Shown here in pieces: positions 18,551-28,577 of a stretch of 64,000 nucleotides of DNA. Each line of letters begins with the position of its first letter. Positions within the stretch are counted from its first letter, which is position 1. The translations under genes and the position numbers were made by a program. Source of the DNA: Candidatus Anderseniibacteriota bacterium (GTDB lineage: Bacteria; Patescibacteriota; Andersenbacteria; UBA10190); the NCBI GenBank assembly GCA_016197005.1, contig JACPWO010000002.1, positions 146,178 through 210,177 of the forward strand. The letters are read 5' to 3'. The notes under the pieces are model-generated. The model had not been told where the DNA came from, did not search any database, and saw nothing but the letters and a program-made list of their open reading frames with translations.

Positions 18551-20239
18551 ATGCTTAATCTCAAAAAAGCTTTAGCGGCAGACATCCGGGAAGGAGCGAT
18601 TGCGGCCGGCTATAACCTAAAACCGGACCAACCTGTGTCCGTAGCACACACCGATAAACCAGAACACGGGGATTACGCCAGCGCCATTGCTTTGTCTTTG
18701 GTCAAAGGATCAAAGCAAAAACCGCTGGACATTGTAGGCGCCATTGCTCAGCACATGCCAAAGAAGGAATATATTGGAAAGATTGAAGCGGCTCCACCCG
18801 GGTTTTTGAATATCACGATCAGTCATGACTGGCTCGCCAGTAAAGTTGACGACATTATTGAGCAAGAAAAAGTAATTGAAGAAAATATTGGTGAAGGAAA
18901 GCTCGTGAATCTTGAGTTTATCTCCGCTAACCCTACGGGCCCGCTTACGCTTGGTAACGCTCGAACTGCTTTCTCCGCAGATACACTGGCGAACGTCTTA
19001 ACCGCTGCCGGATTTAATGTCACACGCGAATACTACATCAATGACGCTGGTACCCAGATAGCGCGCCTGGGAGAGTCGGTACTGCGGCGAGCCCTTGAAC
19101 AAAAAGGTATCAAAGTTGAATTTGCTGAAGACCTCTATCAAGGAGAGTACATTATTGGACTCGCCAAAAAAATAACTGAGTTATGGAAAGAAAATGAAGG
19201 TAAGGAATTTATTGAGAGTGACTTAACGGATAAAGACCTCATAGAGAAAATTAGCACCGAGGCAATGGAACAAATGCTAGCGGCGATCAAAAAGACTATT
19301 CATGATGATCTTCGTATTCACTTTGATATCTGGACCAGTGAACGCGCTTTGAAAAAAACGCAGGCAGCCGAGCACACCCTGGCCAAGCTAAAGAAGAATA
19401 ACTTGGTATACGAAAAAGATGGCGCGGTATGGTTTAAGGCAACTGAATTTGGAGAAGCAGAAGACAAGGTATTGGTAAAAAGTAGCGGTCAGTACGCCTA
19501 CATCATGCCGGACATTGCGTATCATCAGAACAAATATGATCGGGAGTTTGATTTAATCTTTACGTTCTTAGGAGCTGATCACTTGGGACAAGTATCCAAG
19601 CTTACCGCAGCGATGAAGGCGCTCGGAAACGATATAGAAAAATTACATTTTGTCGTAGCTCAGTGGCTCAGTCTACAAAAAGACGGCAAGGAATTTACAC
19701 CGTCAAAAAGAAAGGGAAACGTGTATTCGCCTTCAGATCTCATTGCTGAAATAGGATATGACGCCGCGCGGTTCTTTATGGTGCAACGCAGTTTGCGCAC
19801 TCATTTGGTTATTGATTTAGATATCGCGAAAGAACGCAACGAACGAAATCCCGTGTATTACGTTCAGTACGCATACGTGCGGCTACAATCAATTTTACGA
19901 AAAGCTAAGCAACATGGCTTCATTGAAGAGGTGGGTGAGCAAGTTCCGAAACCAGGAAAATTGATGTTAGCCGAAGGCCCAGAGATGACGCTCCTTAAAG
20001 CATTGTATGGCTTGCCAGAAACCGTAGCAGAAATTTCTCAGACATTTGAAGTGCAAACATTGGCTTACTTTGCCCATGAATTGGCTCGTTCAGTACACTC
20101 GTTTTATCGAGATGTACGAGTACTGGCCAGTGAAGATAAGGATGTAGTGCTTAGTCGATTACAGCTGGTCGCCGCTGCTAAAAAGGTGCTTGGGCAAACA
20201 CTCGACTTGCTAGGGATATCAAAACCTGATGTGATGTAG
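18551..20239 (+). CDS. argS: Arginine--tRNA ligase
   Basis: HGDYAS, EFISANPTGPLTLGN, SKRKG, YYVQYAYVR. Confidence 0.96.
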   Translation: MLNLKKALAADIREGAIAAGYNLKPDQPVSVAHTDKPEHGDYASAIALSLVKGSKQKPLDIVGAIAQHMPKKEYIGKIEAAPPGFLNITISHDWLASKVDDIIEQEKVIEENIGEGKLVNLEFISANPTGPLTLGNARTAFSADTLANVLTAAGFNVTREYYINDAGTQIARLGESVLRRALEQKGIKVEFAEDLYQGEYIIGLAKKITELWKENEGKEFIESDLTDKDLIEKISTEAMEQMLAAIKKTIHDDLRIHFDIWTSERALKKTQAAEHTLAKLKKNNLVYEKDGAVWFKATEFGEAEDKVLVKSSGQYAYIMPDIAYHQNKYDREFDLIFTFLGADHLGQVSKLTAAMKALGNDIEKLHFVVAQWLSLQKDGKEFTPSKRKGNVYSPSDLIAEIGYDAARFFMVQRSLRTHLVIDLDIAKERNERNPVYYVQYAYVRLQSILRKAKQHGFIEEVGEQVPKPGKLMLAEGPEMTLLKALYGLPETVAEISQTFEVQTLAYFAHELARSVHSFYRDVRVLASEDKDVVLSRLQLVAAAKKVLGQTLDLLGISKPDVM

Positions 20240-20241
20240 GT

Positions 20242-20883
20242 ATGCGTATAGGTATAGATGCCCATATCGTTCTCCCGAAGCATAAGCGGTACGATCCCAA
20301 GATCGCCCGCTATACGGAGCAACTCATAAAAAACTTGCTGGAGGCAGATAAGAAGAAAGAGCACACCTGGGTACTTTTCTTTGATAGTCGTATGACCGAC
20401 ACGAAGAAATTTGAAGGAAAGAATGTTGAAATTAAGCATTTCCCCTTTGTGCAGTATCGCCAGTACTTGCCGGTGCTCTACTCCCACATGCTTATCTCTT
20501 CTTTCTTAACAGCTGCTCGTCTGGATGTTTTCCACTCACCTGAAGGTCTCATTCCTTTTATGTATCCCGGTAAAATTGTAACGACCTTTCATTACATTCC
20601 GCGAGGAGAGACAGAAAGTAATATGTTTGTCCGAACATTTATGTTGGGAGCACGAACGGCATTTGCGCAGCTGTGTAAACGAGCTCGTCGCATTATTGTG
20701 AACAAGCCTCAAGACAAAAAACTCCTGGCTGAACGTCACGGATATCCAGAAAACAGAATAGTAGTGATGGAAGTAGGGGACATGGAACGAGTAGATTGGC
20801 CAAAGCGTGTTCAAGAACTAATCCACGTCTACGAAGACGTAGCCAAAAGAAAACCTACCCAGAAAAAAGAGGCGAAGAAGTAA
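20242..20883 (+). CDS. GT4-like glycosyltransferase N-terminal domain protein lacking the C-terminal domain
   Basis: MRIGIDA, DVFHSP, VTTFH, terminal W..RVQELIHVYE helix; only 213 aa. Confidence 0.65.
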   Translation: MRIGIDAHIVLPKHKRYDPKIARYTEQLIKNLLEADKKKEHTWVLFFDSRMTDTKKFEGKNVEIKHFPFVQYRQYLPVLYSHMLISSFLTAARLDVFHSPEGLIPFMYPGKIVTTFHYIPRGETESNMFVRTFMLGARTAFAQLCKRARRIIVNKPQDKKLLAERHGYPENRIVVMEVGDMERVDWPKRVQELIHVYEDVAKRKPTQKKEAKK

Positions 20884-20935
20884 ATTCTTAAATAATGGAA
20901 ATGAAAAACTCCCCCTGGGGAGTTATTTTGCCTTT

Positions 20936-21196
20936 TCATTTTTCACCAAGCTGGCGCCCGCGTTTTTCCAGTTGCTTTGCTCGTTCTCGCAGAGACTCAA
21001 CGGTCTCGCCAACGGCATCAGCGTAGTGCTCCTTTTGCTCGGGGCTGAGTGAGCCGATATCCTTTTCAAAGTATTCCAGCTCATCAGGCGTCACCTCGCT
21101 TCCTTTTTCTGCCATGTGTTGCCTAACCTGAGCAATCGTTAGACTATGATCAATCCGAAACTGTCTTCCTGACCGACCGAACCAGGAGCGAATCAT
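20936..21196 (-). CDS. Small ORFan (86 aa)
   Basis: SD GGAGG before ATG 21196; hairpin AACTCCC/GGGAGTT near 20906-20923 beyond the stop. Confidence 0.6.
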   Translation of the reverse strand: MIRSWFGRSGRQFRIDHSLTIAQVRQHMAEKGSEVTPDELEYFEKDIGSLSPEQKEHYADAVGETVESLRERAKQLEKRGRQLGEK

Positions 21197-21255
21197 TATT
21201 TTCCTCCGAAGGTGCAAGTTTGCTTGGGAATGCTGCATTCCCTATGCTTCCTTAT

Positions 21256-24120
21256 ATGTCACCTGCGGCAAAAGGTAAATTTCGTCCAGTCGATCCGCGT
21301 CCAAACATTGATGAATTGGAGCACGGTATTTTAGATATCTGGGAGAAGGAAAAAACGTTTGAAGTATCCCTGGAGCAGAATAAAGATAAGCCACTTTTTA
21401 CATTTTATGATGGGCCGCCATATGCTACTGGCAAGCCCCACTACGGACACGTCTTACAGTCCGCTATTAAAGATACGATCTTAAGATACAAAACGATGCG
21501 CGGATATTATGTCCCGCGTCGAGTCGGCTGGGATACCCATGGTCTGCCAGTCGAGGTACTCGTTGAAAAAGAGTTAGGCCTAAGAACAAAACGAGAGGTA
21601 GAGGAATATGGCATTGAAAAGTTTAACCAGAAATGTCGCGAAGCAGTATTCCGTTACATTGATGAATTTACCGCTACCTTAAAACGTTTGGGCCGCTGGG
21701 CAGATTATGAAAATGGGTATGCCACGCTTGATCGAGATTACATGGAATCCGAGTGGTGGGTATTTCAGCGGCTTTGGGAGAAGGATTTGGTATACAAAGA
21801 TTTTCGGTCAACTCCGTACTGTATTCGCTGCGCTACACCGCTTTCCAATTTTGAAACTGGAATGGGATACAAAGATACAACAGACACTGCTGTATATGTG
21901 CTCATGCCAATTCGGGATCAGTCGCTTTTCCTGCTTGTCTGGACAACTACGCCTTGGACATTGCCTGGAAATGCAGCCGTCGCCTTTAACCCTGCAGTTT
22001 CGTATGTGTCCGTAAAAGTTGATGGTAAAGAAATTATCATTGCCAAGGACAGAGTTGTGGCCGTATTTGGTGAAGATACAGAAATTGTACGAGCGTGGTC
22101 ACAAAAAGAATTAGCCGCGATGACCTACGAAGCGCCGTATCCAGCCTCCGAAATACCAGCTGATGCTAAGAATATGTATACCGTGGTACCGGCAGATTTC
22201 GTTACCGCAGAAGACGGTACCGGCTTTGTACACATTGCGCCAGCCTTTGGCACTGATGACTTTGAGTTGTCCAAAAAAGTTGGACTGCCAGTCATTCGCA
22301 CCATAAATCCGAGTGGAATATTTGAAGAACATATTCCGCAGTGGGGCAGCCAGCACATCTGGAAAGTAAATAAGGCAATTCCCAAAGACTTACAAGCACG
22401 CGGACTACTTGTAAAAGAAGAGCAGTACAAGCATAGCTATCCCCATTGCTGGCGTTGTGATGAGCCCCTCATTTACTACGCACTCGACAGCTGGTTTGTA
22501 CGGGTCACTCAACTAAAAGAAGATATGCTAGCTCAGAATGAGAAAATTTCCTGGATTCCTGAGCATTTGAAGGAAGGTCGTTTTGCTAAGGGTATTAAGT
22601 CAGCTCCTGACTGGGCGGTATCTCGTAATCGCTACTGGAGTGTGCCAATACCGGTGTGGGAGTGTGACAGTTGTGATCACCGCGTATGTATTGGCAGTAT
22701 TGCTGAACTGCAAGAAAAATCTGGTGCTACGAATATAGAAGACATTCATCGACCGTATGTCGATAGCTTTACGTGGAAGTGTGAGCGGTGTGAGGGAACA
22801 ATGAAGCGTATTTCGGAGGTACTGGATGTGTGGTTTGATTCTGGATCAATGCCATACAGCCAGTGGCATTACCCGTTTGAAAATAAGGAGTTTGTCGAAA
22901 AGGGTTTTCCAGCAGATTTTATTGCAGAGAGTATTGAGATGACTCGTGCGTGGTTTTATGTCCTGCACGTGTTATCAACTGCCCTCAAAGAAAGCCCTGC
23001 CTACAAGAACGTCATCGGCTCTGGCATCATTTTTGGTGAAGATGGTAACAAGTTGTCTAAGAAACTGAAGAATTATCCTGACGTTGAGCCTACCCTTGAA
23101 AAGTACGGCGCCGATACCATTCGTCTCTTTTTCTTATCCAGCACGTTGGGAGAGCCGTACGTATTCTCAGAGAAAGATCTACAACAGTTGTTTAGAAACT
23201 TCACAATGCGTCTGTGGAATGTGTATAGCTTCTTTGTGCAGTATGCCAATACTGCTGACTGGGAACCGGCGAAAGAGACGGTACCTAGTTCTGAGCAGAT
23301 CCTGGACAAATGGATTTTAACTAGAATTAAACAGTTGGAGTACGTCGTCATACAAAAAACTGACTCATATCGGGTAGATGTTTCAGCTCGAGAATTTGTT
23401 ACCTTCGTTGACGACTTAAGTAATTGGTACGTCCGCCGGTCTCGGGAACGTTTTCAGCCGCGGGGTGAACAAGATAGTGCTGCCTTCGTTACTTTACATG
23501 CGGTGCTCGTACGTTTGGCAAAACTCCTAGCTCCCTTCATGCCGTTCTTATCGGAAGAGCTGTATCGAAATGTAACGGGAGCAGGTTCGGTCCATTTAGC
23601 TGACCTTTCCGATCCAAGTGAACTTTCTCAAGACGAGCAGGCGCTTCTTTCAACAATGACAGCAGCTCGCGAGATTGTCTCGCAAGGCCTTTCGGCTCGA
23701 GCCCAAGCAAACATTAAAGTGAGGCAGCCATTGGGAAAATTAACCGCGCCAGGCGTGGATGCGCTGCCGCCCGGAGTTATTGAAATGATAAAAGAGGAAG
23801 TCAACGTTGATGAGGTTGTGGTTGGTGACAAACTCGAACTTGCGACGGAAATATCAGAAGAATTACGAGATCGTGGTACTGCTCGCGAAATCATTCGGCA
23901 TGGACAGGTTCTGCGTCGTACCGCTGGGTATGCTTTGGATGATCGAATTACGCTTGTGCTATCTACTTCCGACGAAGGACTAAAACAGGTATTAGCAAAA
24001 TATCAGGAGGAGATTGTAACTGCCTTACAGGTCAACGAGATTACCGAAAACGGGGAGACTGATACCAAAAAAGAAGTTATGGTCGACGGGAAGTTGATTG
24101 TAGTAGGAGTCAGGAAATAA
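21256..24120 (+). CDS. ileS: Isoleucine--tRNA ligase (type 2)
   Basis: DGPPYATGKPHYGH, GWDTHGLPVE, WTTTPWTLP, KLSKK; type-2-like C-terminus. Confidence 0.96.
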   Translation: MSPAAKGKFRPVDPRPNIDELEHGILDIWEKEKTFEVSLEQNKDKPLFTFYDGPPYATGKPHYGHVLQSAIKDTILRYKTMRGYYVPRRVGWDTHGLPVEVLVEKELGLRTKREVEEYGIEKFNQKCREAVFRYIDEFTATLKRLGRWADYENGYATLDRDYMESEWWVFQRLWEKDLVYKDFRSTPYCIRCATPLSNFETGMGYKDTTDTAVYVLMPIRDQSLFLLVWTTTPWTLPGNAAVAFNPAVSYVSVKVDGKEIIIAKDRVVAVFGEDTEIVRAWSQKELAAMTYEAPYPASEIPADAKNMYTVVPADFVTAEDGTGFVHIAPAFGTDDFELSKKVGLPVIRTINPSGIFEEHIPQWGSQHIWKVNKAIPKDLQARGLLVKEEQYKHSYPHCWRCDEPLIYYALDSWFVRVTQLKEDMLAQNEKISWIPEHLKEGRFAKGIKSAPDWAVSRNRYWSVPIPVWECDSCDHRVCIGSIAELQEKSGATNIEDIHRPYVDSFTWKCERCEGTMKRISEVLDVWFDSGSMPYSQWHYPFENKEFVEKGFPADFIAESIEMTRAWFYVLHVLSTALKESPAYKNVIGSGIIFGEDGNKLSKKLKNYPDVEPTLEKYGADTIRLFFLSSTLGEPYVFSEKDLQQLFRNFTMRLWNVYSFFVQYANTADWEPAKETVPSSEQILDKWILTRIKQLEYVVIQKTDSYRVDVSAREFVTFVDDLSNWYVRRSRERFQPRGEQDSAAFVTLHAVLVRLAKLLAPFMPFLSEELYRNVTGAGSVHLADLSDPSELSQDEQALLSTMTAAREIVSQGLSARAQANIKVRQPLGKLTAPGVDALPPGVIEMIKEEVNVDEVVVGDKLELATEISEELRDRGTAREIIRHGQVLRRTAGYALDDRITLVLSTSDEGLKQVLAKYQEEIVTALQVNEITENGETDTKKEVMVDGKLIVVGVRK

Positions 24121-24219
24121 CCGCCTATTTTTGCTCCAGCTTGAAAACACGTCGTTCCAGACGGTGTGTTTTTGTATATAGAAATCAGTAGTCGTTCGTT
24201 AGAAAAGTCGGAACAGTAG

Positions 24220-24416
24220 AAGTGCGGCTCGGGCGAGAGAGGAGGTGGCATCAGGGTTTTTTACGAGCACTGCCTAAGGGCAATGGCTTGCTAAAATAGA
24301 ATATGCACCTCTTCTCGACAGCAATGAGTTAGTTCGAGATCCCGTCTGGGATGCTCGCCATCACGCACAAGTATCTGTGGAGGAGGTTACCATCCCCTCT
24401 CGATCGAGCCGCACTT
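24220..24416 (+). ncRNA. Candidate IS110 bridge RNA
   Basis: 12-bp closing stem AAGTGCGGCTCG/CGAGCCGCACTT enclosing two hairpins with internal loops. Confidence 0.6.
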
Positions 24417-24439
24417 TCATCATTAATGCAGTGAACACT

Positions 24440-25399
24440 ATGTCCACTTCAATTGTGGGTATTGATGTCGCATCTCGCAAGCTTGATATGTGCATTGAGC
24501 AAGACGGGAAGCAGCAATATGCCACCATCGAAAATACGGCGCAGGCAATTGCGCAGTACGCAAAGGAGCACAAGCTCTCGCGCAAGAACTGTCTCGTTGG
24601 CCTGGAGGCAACGAACGATTACCACTTCGTGGTAACCCGGTTCTTTCTCAAGAAAGGGATTCCGGTTAGGATCATGAATCCCATTGTGACTAAGCGATAC
24701 ACCCGCACGACAGTGCGGGGGAAAAAGACAGACAAGACAGATGCACAGAACATTGCTCGTCTGGCCGCGGAAGGAGAGGGAGAATTGGCTAGCTTAAGCA
24801 ATGTAGACAACCGAGAGAAGGAACTTTTGAGACTCTCCCGATCACTTGTGAAGCTGAAAGTTCAGCTGACGTTGCGCCTGCAGAGCCTGCGCCGCAAGCA
24901 ACTCAAGAACACTGGCCGCATCGAACGAAAGCTGGAAAAGATTGAGGGCATGCTTTTTGATGTAGCAGAAGAGTTAGTAGGTGAAGTTACTGAAGATCGC
25001 TCCCACGACGAAGAGCTCATCGACTCCATTCCCGGATTCTCCACTAAGCTCTCCGCAATTGTTCATCATGAATTAGGCGATGTTACGAGATTCAAGAACG
25101 CGAGAAGCCTCGCTTCTTTTGCCGGACTTGATCCGAGGGTGGTACAGAGTGGCGGCAGGCTGCATACCAGCGGACGCCTCATGAAGCGAGGTTCCCCGTA
25201 CTTACGGTCAGCATTGTTCTTGGCTGCAAACGTGGCCTACCATTACGACGAAGAGCTTGGTGAATACTATGCAAAAAAGAAAGCCGAGGGAAGATCGCAC
25301 AAGGAAGTCCTATGCATCATTTCAAGGAAACTCCTGTACCGTATCTGGGCAGTGCTTAAAGAACAGCGAGAGTATGTAGTGAAACAAAATACAAACTAA
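24440..25399 (+). CDS. IS110-family transposase/recombinase
   Basis: GIDVAS, LEAT, KTDKTDA (DEDD RuvC), AGLDP...QSGG, KRGSPYLRSAL. Confidence 0.95.
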   Translation: MSTSIVGIDVASRKLDMCIEQDGKQQYATIENTAQAIAQYAKEHKLSRKNCLVGLEATNDYHFVVTRFFLKKGIPVRIMNPIVTKRYTRTTVRGKKTDKTDAQNIARLAAEGEGELASLSNVDNREKELLRLSRSLVKLKVQLTLRLQSLRRKQLKNTGRIERKLEKIEGMLFDVAEELVGEVTEDRSHDEELIDSIPGFSTKLSAIVHHELGDVTRFKNARSLASFAGLDPRVVQSGGRLHTSGRLMKRGSPYLRSALFLAANVAYHYDEELGEYYAKKKAEGRSHKEVLCIISRKLLYRIWAVLKEQREYVVKQNTN

Positions 25400-25420
25400 A
25401 TGCTCTTGCGGAAGACATAG

Positions 25421-25783
25421 TTAGCTATTTTCTACATGTTCTAAGCGTTCAGGCATATCATCTTGATAGCGAACTCGTTTATCTAGGGCTGTAATAGCTG
25501 ATGTGTTGATTTTAACCTCAGTTTCTAGGTCATCAACCTTTGTCTTTAAAATATCAACTGTACCGGAAAGACGAGAAACACCAGTTTCGAGAGAGCTTAA
25601 TCGTTCATCGAGATTGAAGACACTCTTTTCAACAGAACCAAGCCGTTTATCGAGACCAACCATACCTTTTTCAACAGAACCAAGCCGTTTATCAACCTTT
25701 CCGCTGAACAAACCAATAGCATCTACCAGTTCTTCCCACTCCGCGTGGGTAATAGGCTGATTCTTTGAATCTTTTCGAGGCAT
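25421..25783 (-). CDS. Coiled-coil protein, probably truncated at the IS110 junction
   Basis: Heptad repeats; TACACT 6 nt before ATG 25783; plausible C-terminus at 24125-24181. Confidence 0.65.
   Translation of the reverse strand: MPRKDSKNQPITHAEWEELVDAIGLFSGKVDKRLGSVEKGMVGLDKRLGSVEKSVFNLDERLSSLETGVSRLSGTVDILKTKVDDLETEVKINTSAITALDKRVRYQDDMPERLEHVENS
25627..25693. repeat. Tandem 42-nt-period coding repeat (DKRLGSVEK x2)
   Basis: TTTTCAACAGAACCAAGCCGTTTATC occurs twice. Confidence 0.75.
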
Positions 25784-25824
25784 AAAAACAGTGTACCACC
25801 TTCTTATGATACAATCAGTACAAT

Positions 25825-26553
25825 ATGCCTCGGTCACAGAAGCTGAAGGCTTTGGTGCTTTCTCGTCGTAATATTGGCGAAGCTGATCGCCTCGTTACTT
25901 TTTTGACGCGTGAATATGGGATTATGAAAGGCGTGGCCAAGGGTGTTCGGAAAATTCCTTCGAGTCGTGGTGGTCACCTTGAGCCCTTTACCCAAGTGTT
26001 AGTGCTTGTGCGAATGAGTCGAGGAGCAACGTATATAGGAGCGACTGAAACCGAAACGTACTTTCCACAGTTGCGTGCCAATGGTAAAACTCTGACTCAT
26101 GCTCGAGCCATGGCCTATGCTGCTATTTCGTTATTGGGTGAGCAGGATCCGGTTCCTGAGCTGTATGACATGATGCAAGAAGCCTGGCACCTGTTACCTA
26201 AGCTGCCCTCAGCGAAGCAAGACGTAGTCGAGGGAGCAGCTCTTCTTTTAGTGCTGAGGCTGGCGGGCGTGTTACCAAATTGGCAGAACTGCCAAGCGTG
26301 TGGGCTCACGACTCCGACCGAATCAGTTGTGTTGGACGCTACTCAAGGTGGTTGGCATTGTCTTACGTGTCACCAATCACTCCGCGATACGAAATTTTCT
26401 ATGTCACCGAAACTTATTGCCCTGCTTAGATACCTTTCTGCTCACCCCGAGGCAACTACTCGTCTGGCAGTTGCCGAACATGATAGTTCTCAATTTTTAT
26501 CTTCGCTCCGGTACTTTATGCGAGGAATGTTAAATCAGGTAACGGCTAGTTAG
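25825..26553 (+). CDS. recO: DNA repair protein RecO
   Basis: GEADRLVTFLT..G...GVAKGVRK..S, CxxC...CxxC. Confidence 0.92.
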   Translation: MPRSQKLKALVLSRRNIGEADRLVTFLTREYGIMKGVAKGVRKIPSSRGGHLEPFTQVLVLVRMSRGATYIGATETETYFPQLRANGKTLTHARAMAYAAISLLGEQDPVPELYDMMQEAWHLLPKLPSAKQDVVEGAALLLVLRLAGVLPNWQNCQACGLTTPTESVVLDATQGGWHCLTCHQSLRDTKFSMSPKLIALLRYLSAHPEATTRLAVAEHDSSQFLSSLRYFMRGMLNQVTAS

Positions 26554-26556
26554 AGT

Positions 26557-28527
26557 ATGGAAGACAAGAAAGATATAGATAAACAAGTGCCTGAGCAGGA
26601 TGATTCTATCTCCATGTTGCGTAAGCAGCTGTATGCAAAGGATGAGTCGAGAGAATTACAGACACGAGCGAAGGAACTAGCAACCCCTCGACAACTTGCC
26701 GAAGTTCCTCTTGAGCAAAATGAGGGTTCAGGTTTAGTGGATATTATTGCTAAACAAAAGCGTCGTCGGCAGAAACTTTTGTACATTGTTTCTATTGCCG
26801 GAGTTGTGATCGCTGTCACCGCCGCCTCGGCGGCTGCTACGTTGTGGTATCGCCGAGCGCATCGAGTGTTGCCGGAAAATATTGTACTGACCATTCAAGC
26901 ACCAGCTGACGTAATGGCCAGCGATACCATTGAAGTAATACTGAAGTATAAGAACGATAGTCGAGTTCGCTGGGATAATGTTGAGCTGCGACTAGATACG
27001 CCAGCTGGATTTCGAGTGGGCGCTCAGGACGAAAGGTTGAAGCAAACTGCTCGCAACCAATACACCGCTTCTCTCGGAACAGTAGAACCCGCTGCGGAAG
27101 GGCAACTTACCTTTTCTGGCCAGCTCATTGGCGAGCAAGGTTCTACAGCCTTAGTACGCACTCAGATTTTCTTTACGCCAGAGAATTTCCCCAGCGGACG
27201 CTTTGACGCATCTCAATCTCACTCGATAACGATCGCTTCAGTACCGTTGGAAATTTCTGTGGCGGCCCCGGGCAGTGCGGCCAGTGGGGAGCGAATCCCG
27301 GTAACGATTCGTGTTCGCAATATTGGGGACGAACCCATTATTGGCGGAAAATTAAAAATGGAGCCAGCCCCAGGAGTACAGCTGGCGCCAGAGGATACGG
27401 AGTTTTCTCCAGACTTTTCAATTTCAGATAGCTCGTGGCAACTACCCACATTACAGTCACTGGAAGAAGTAACGCGTATAGCGGTGTGGTATGTGGATGG
27501 ACAAGCCGGCGAACGTAGAATTGTGACAATTAAAGGCTTGGCAAATGCCGGCGAAGAAGAGTTCCTTCTTCGCACTGTTGATCAATCAATTGCCATCTCT
27601 GCTTCTGAAGTTGCAATCTCGCAGACATTTACCGGACGAGAAAGTGATCAGCCGCTTATAGCTGGTGAAACAATTGAAGGGAAAATAGAGTATCAAAACA
27701 CGGGCACAACTGCACTTTCCAACGCTGTGGTCAGTCTGCAATTCGAAGGTAATGTTATTGATCCATCGAAAATTCAAATTGATACCGGTGCGTATGACCC
27801 GATAGCTCGCACTATTAATTGGAAGGCTGCCTCTGTACCGGAACTGGCAACACTTGCTCCCCAAGAAAAAGGAGAGCTTAAATACAAGTTTGCGCTCCTG
27901 CCGCTGGCTTCTCTCCCGGCTGATGAAAGTGTAAAAAACCAAAACCTCATTATTACCGCTTCCATTACTAGTCCAGATCTCCCGGTTCGCTCAGGACAAG
28001 AAGAACGCTCGGTTACTGATCGTCTGGTGTTACCAGTAGCGACAAGTTTGCTGTTGTCGGTAGATTCTTTCTATGACGATGGACGGTTAGGTCTAAAGTC
28101 GAGTGGGCCTCTGCCGCCAAAGGTTGGTAGCACAACCAGCTATACGGTTCGCTTTAGGCTCGGAACTTCGCTCAATGACGTGGGTGATGTAAAGCTACGG
28201 GGGGTACTGCCAGAATCTGTCCATTACACCGGAAATGTATATAAAACTGAAGGCGAAGTAACCTTTAATGATCATACAAACGAAGTACTATGGGATATTC
28301 CATTTATTGCTGGCCTGGCAGGTCGATCTGGCCCGGCCCCCGAGCTCCACGTGCAAGTGTCGGTAACTCCGGGTGAGAATGTTCGTGGTCAAGAAGTTGT
28401 TTTACTTTCGGCTGCGGCTGCACAAGCTACTGACTTATTTGCAGATATTGCGGTGAGTGCAGAAGTAAAAGTGAACGATCTTCCAGATACAGAAAAAGCT
28501 GTTCCGACTAAGGGAGAAGTTGAGTAA
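26557..28527 (+). CDS. Membrane-anchored protein with tandem Ig-like (DUF11-like) domains
   Basis: One TM followed by repeated 'Y.N.G...L..' beta-sandwich units. Confidence 0.7.
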   Translation: MEDKKDIDKQVPEQDDSISMLRKQLYAKDESRELQTRAKELATPRQLAEVPLEQNEGSGLVDIIAKQKRRRQKLLYIVSIAGVVIAVTAASAAATLWYRRAHRVLPENIVLTIQAPADVMASDTIEVILKYKNDSRVRWDNVELRLDTPAGFRVGAQDERLKQTARNQYTASLGTVEPAAEGQLTFSGQLIGEQGSTALVRTQIFFTPENFPSGRFDASQSHSITIASVPLEISVAAPGSAASGERIPVTIRVRNIGDEPIIGGKLKMEPAPGVQLAPEDTEFSPDFSISDSSWQLPTLQSLEEVTRIAVWYVDGQAGERRIVTIKGLANAGEEEFLLRTVDQSIAISASEVAISQTFTGRESDQPLIAGETIEGKIEYQNTGTTALSNAVVSLQFEGNVIDPSKIQIDTGAYDPIARTINWKAASVPELATLAPQEKGELKYKFALLPLASLPADESVKNQNLIITASITSPDLPVRSGQEERSVTDRLVLPVATSLLLSVDSFYDDGRLGLKSSGPLPPKVGSTTSYTVRFRLGTSLNDVGDVKLRGVLPESVHYTGNVYKTEGEVTFNDHTNEVLWDIPFIAGLAGRSGPAPELHVQVSVTPGENVRGQEVVLLSAAAAQATDLFADIAVSAEVKVNDLPDTEKAVPTKGEVE

Positions 28528-28577
28528 AAAAGAACGCCTGCTGGTTTAGGGCAGGCGCAATGGGCACAAGTTGTTCC

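Larger units (their letters stand above)
24178..25420 (+). mobile_element. IS110-family insertion sequence (ends approximate, ATAG at both junctions)
   Basis: IS110 recombinase with ~260-nt structured 5' non-coding end; no terminal inverted repeats; interrupts a coiled-coil ORF. Confidence 0.8.

Noticed and set aside
25627-25693. Direct repeat as a possible CRISPR array
   Set aside because: Two copies at an in-frame 42-nt period within a coiled-coil gene; no cas genes
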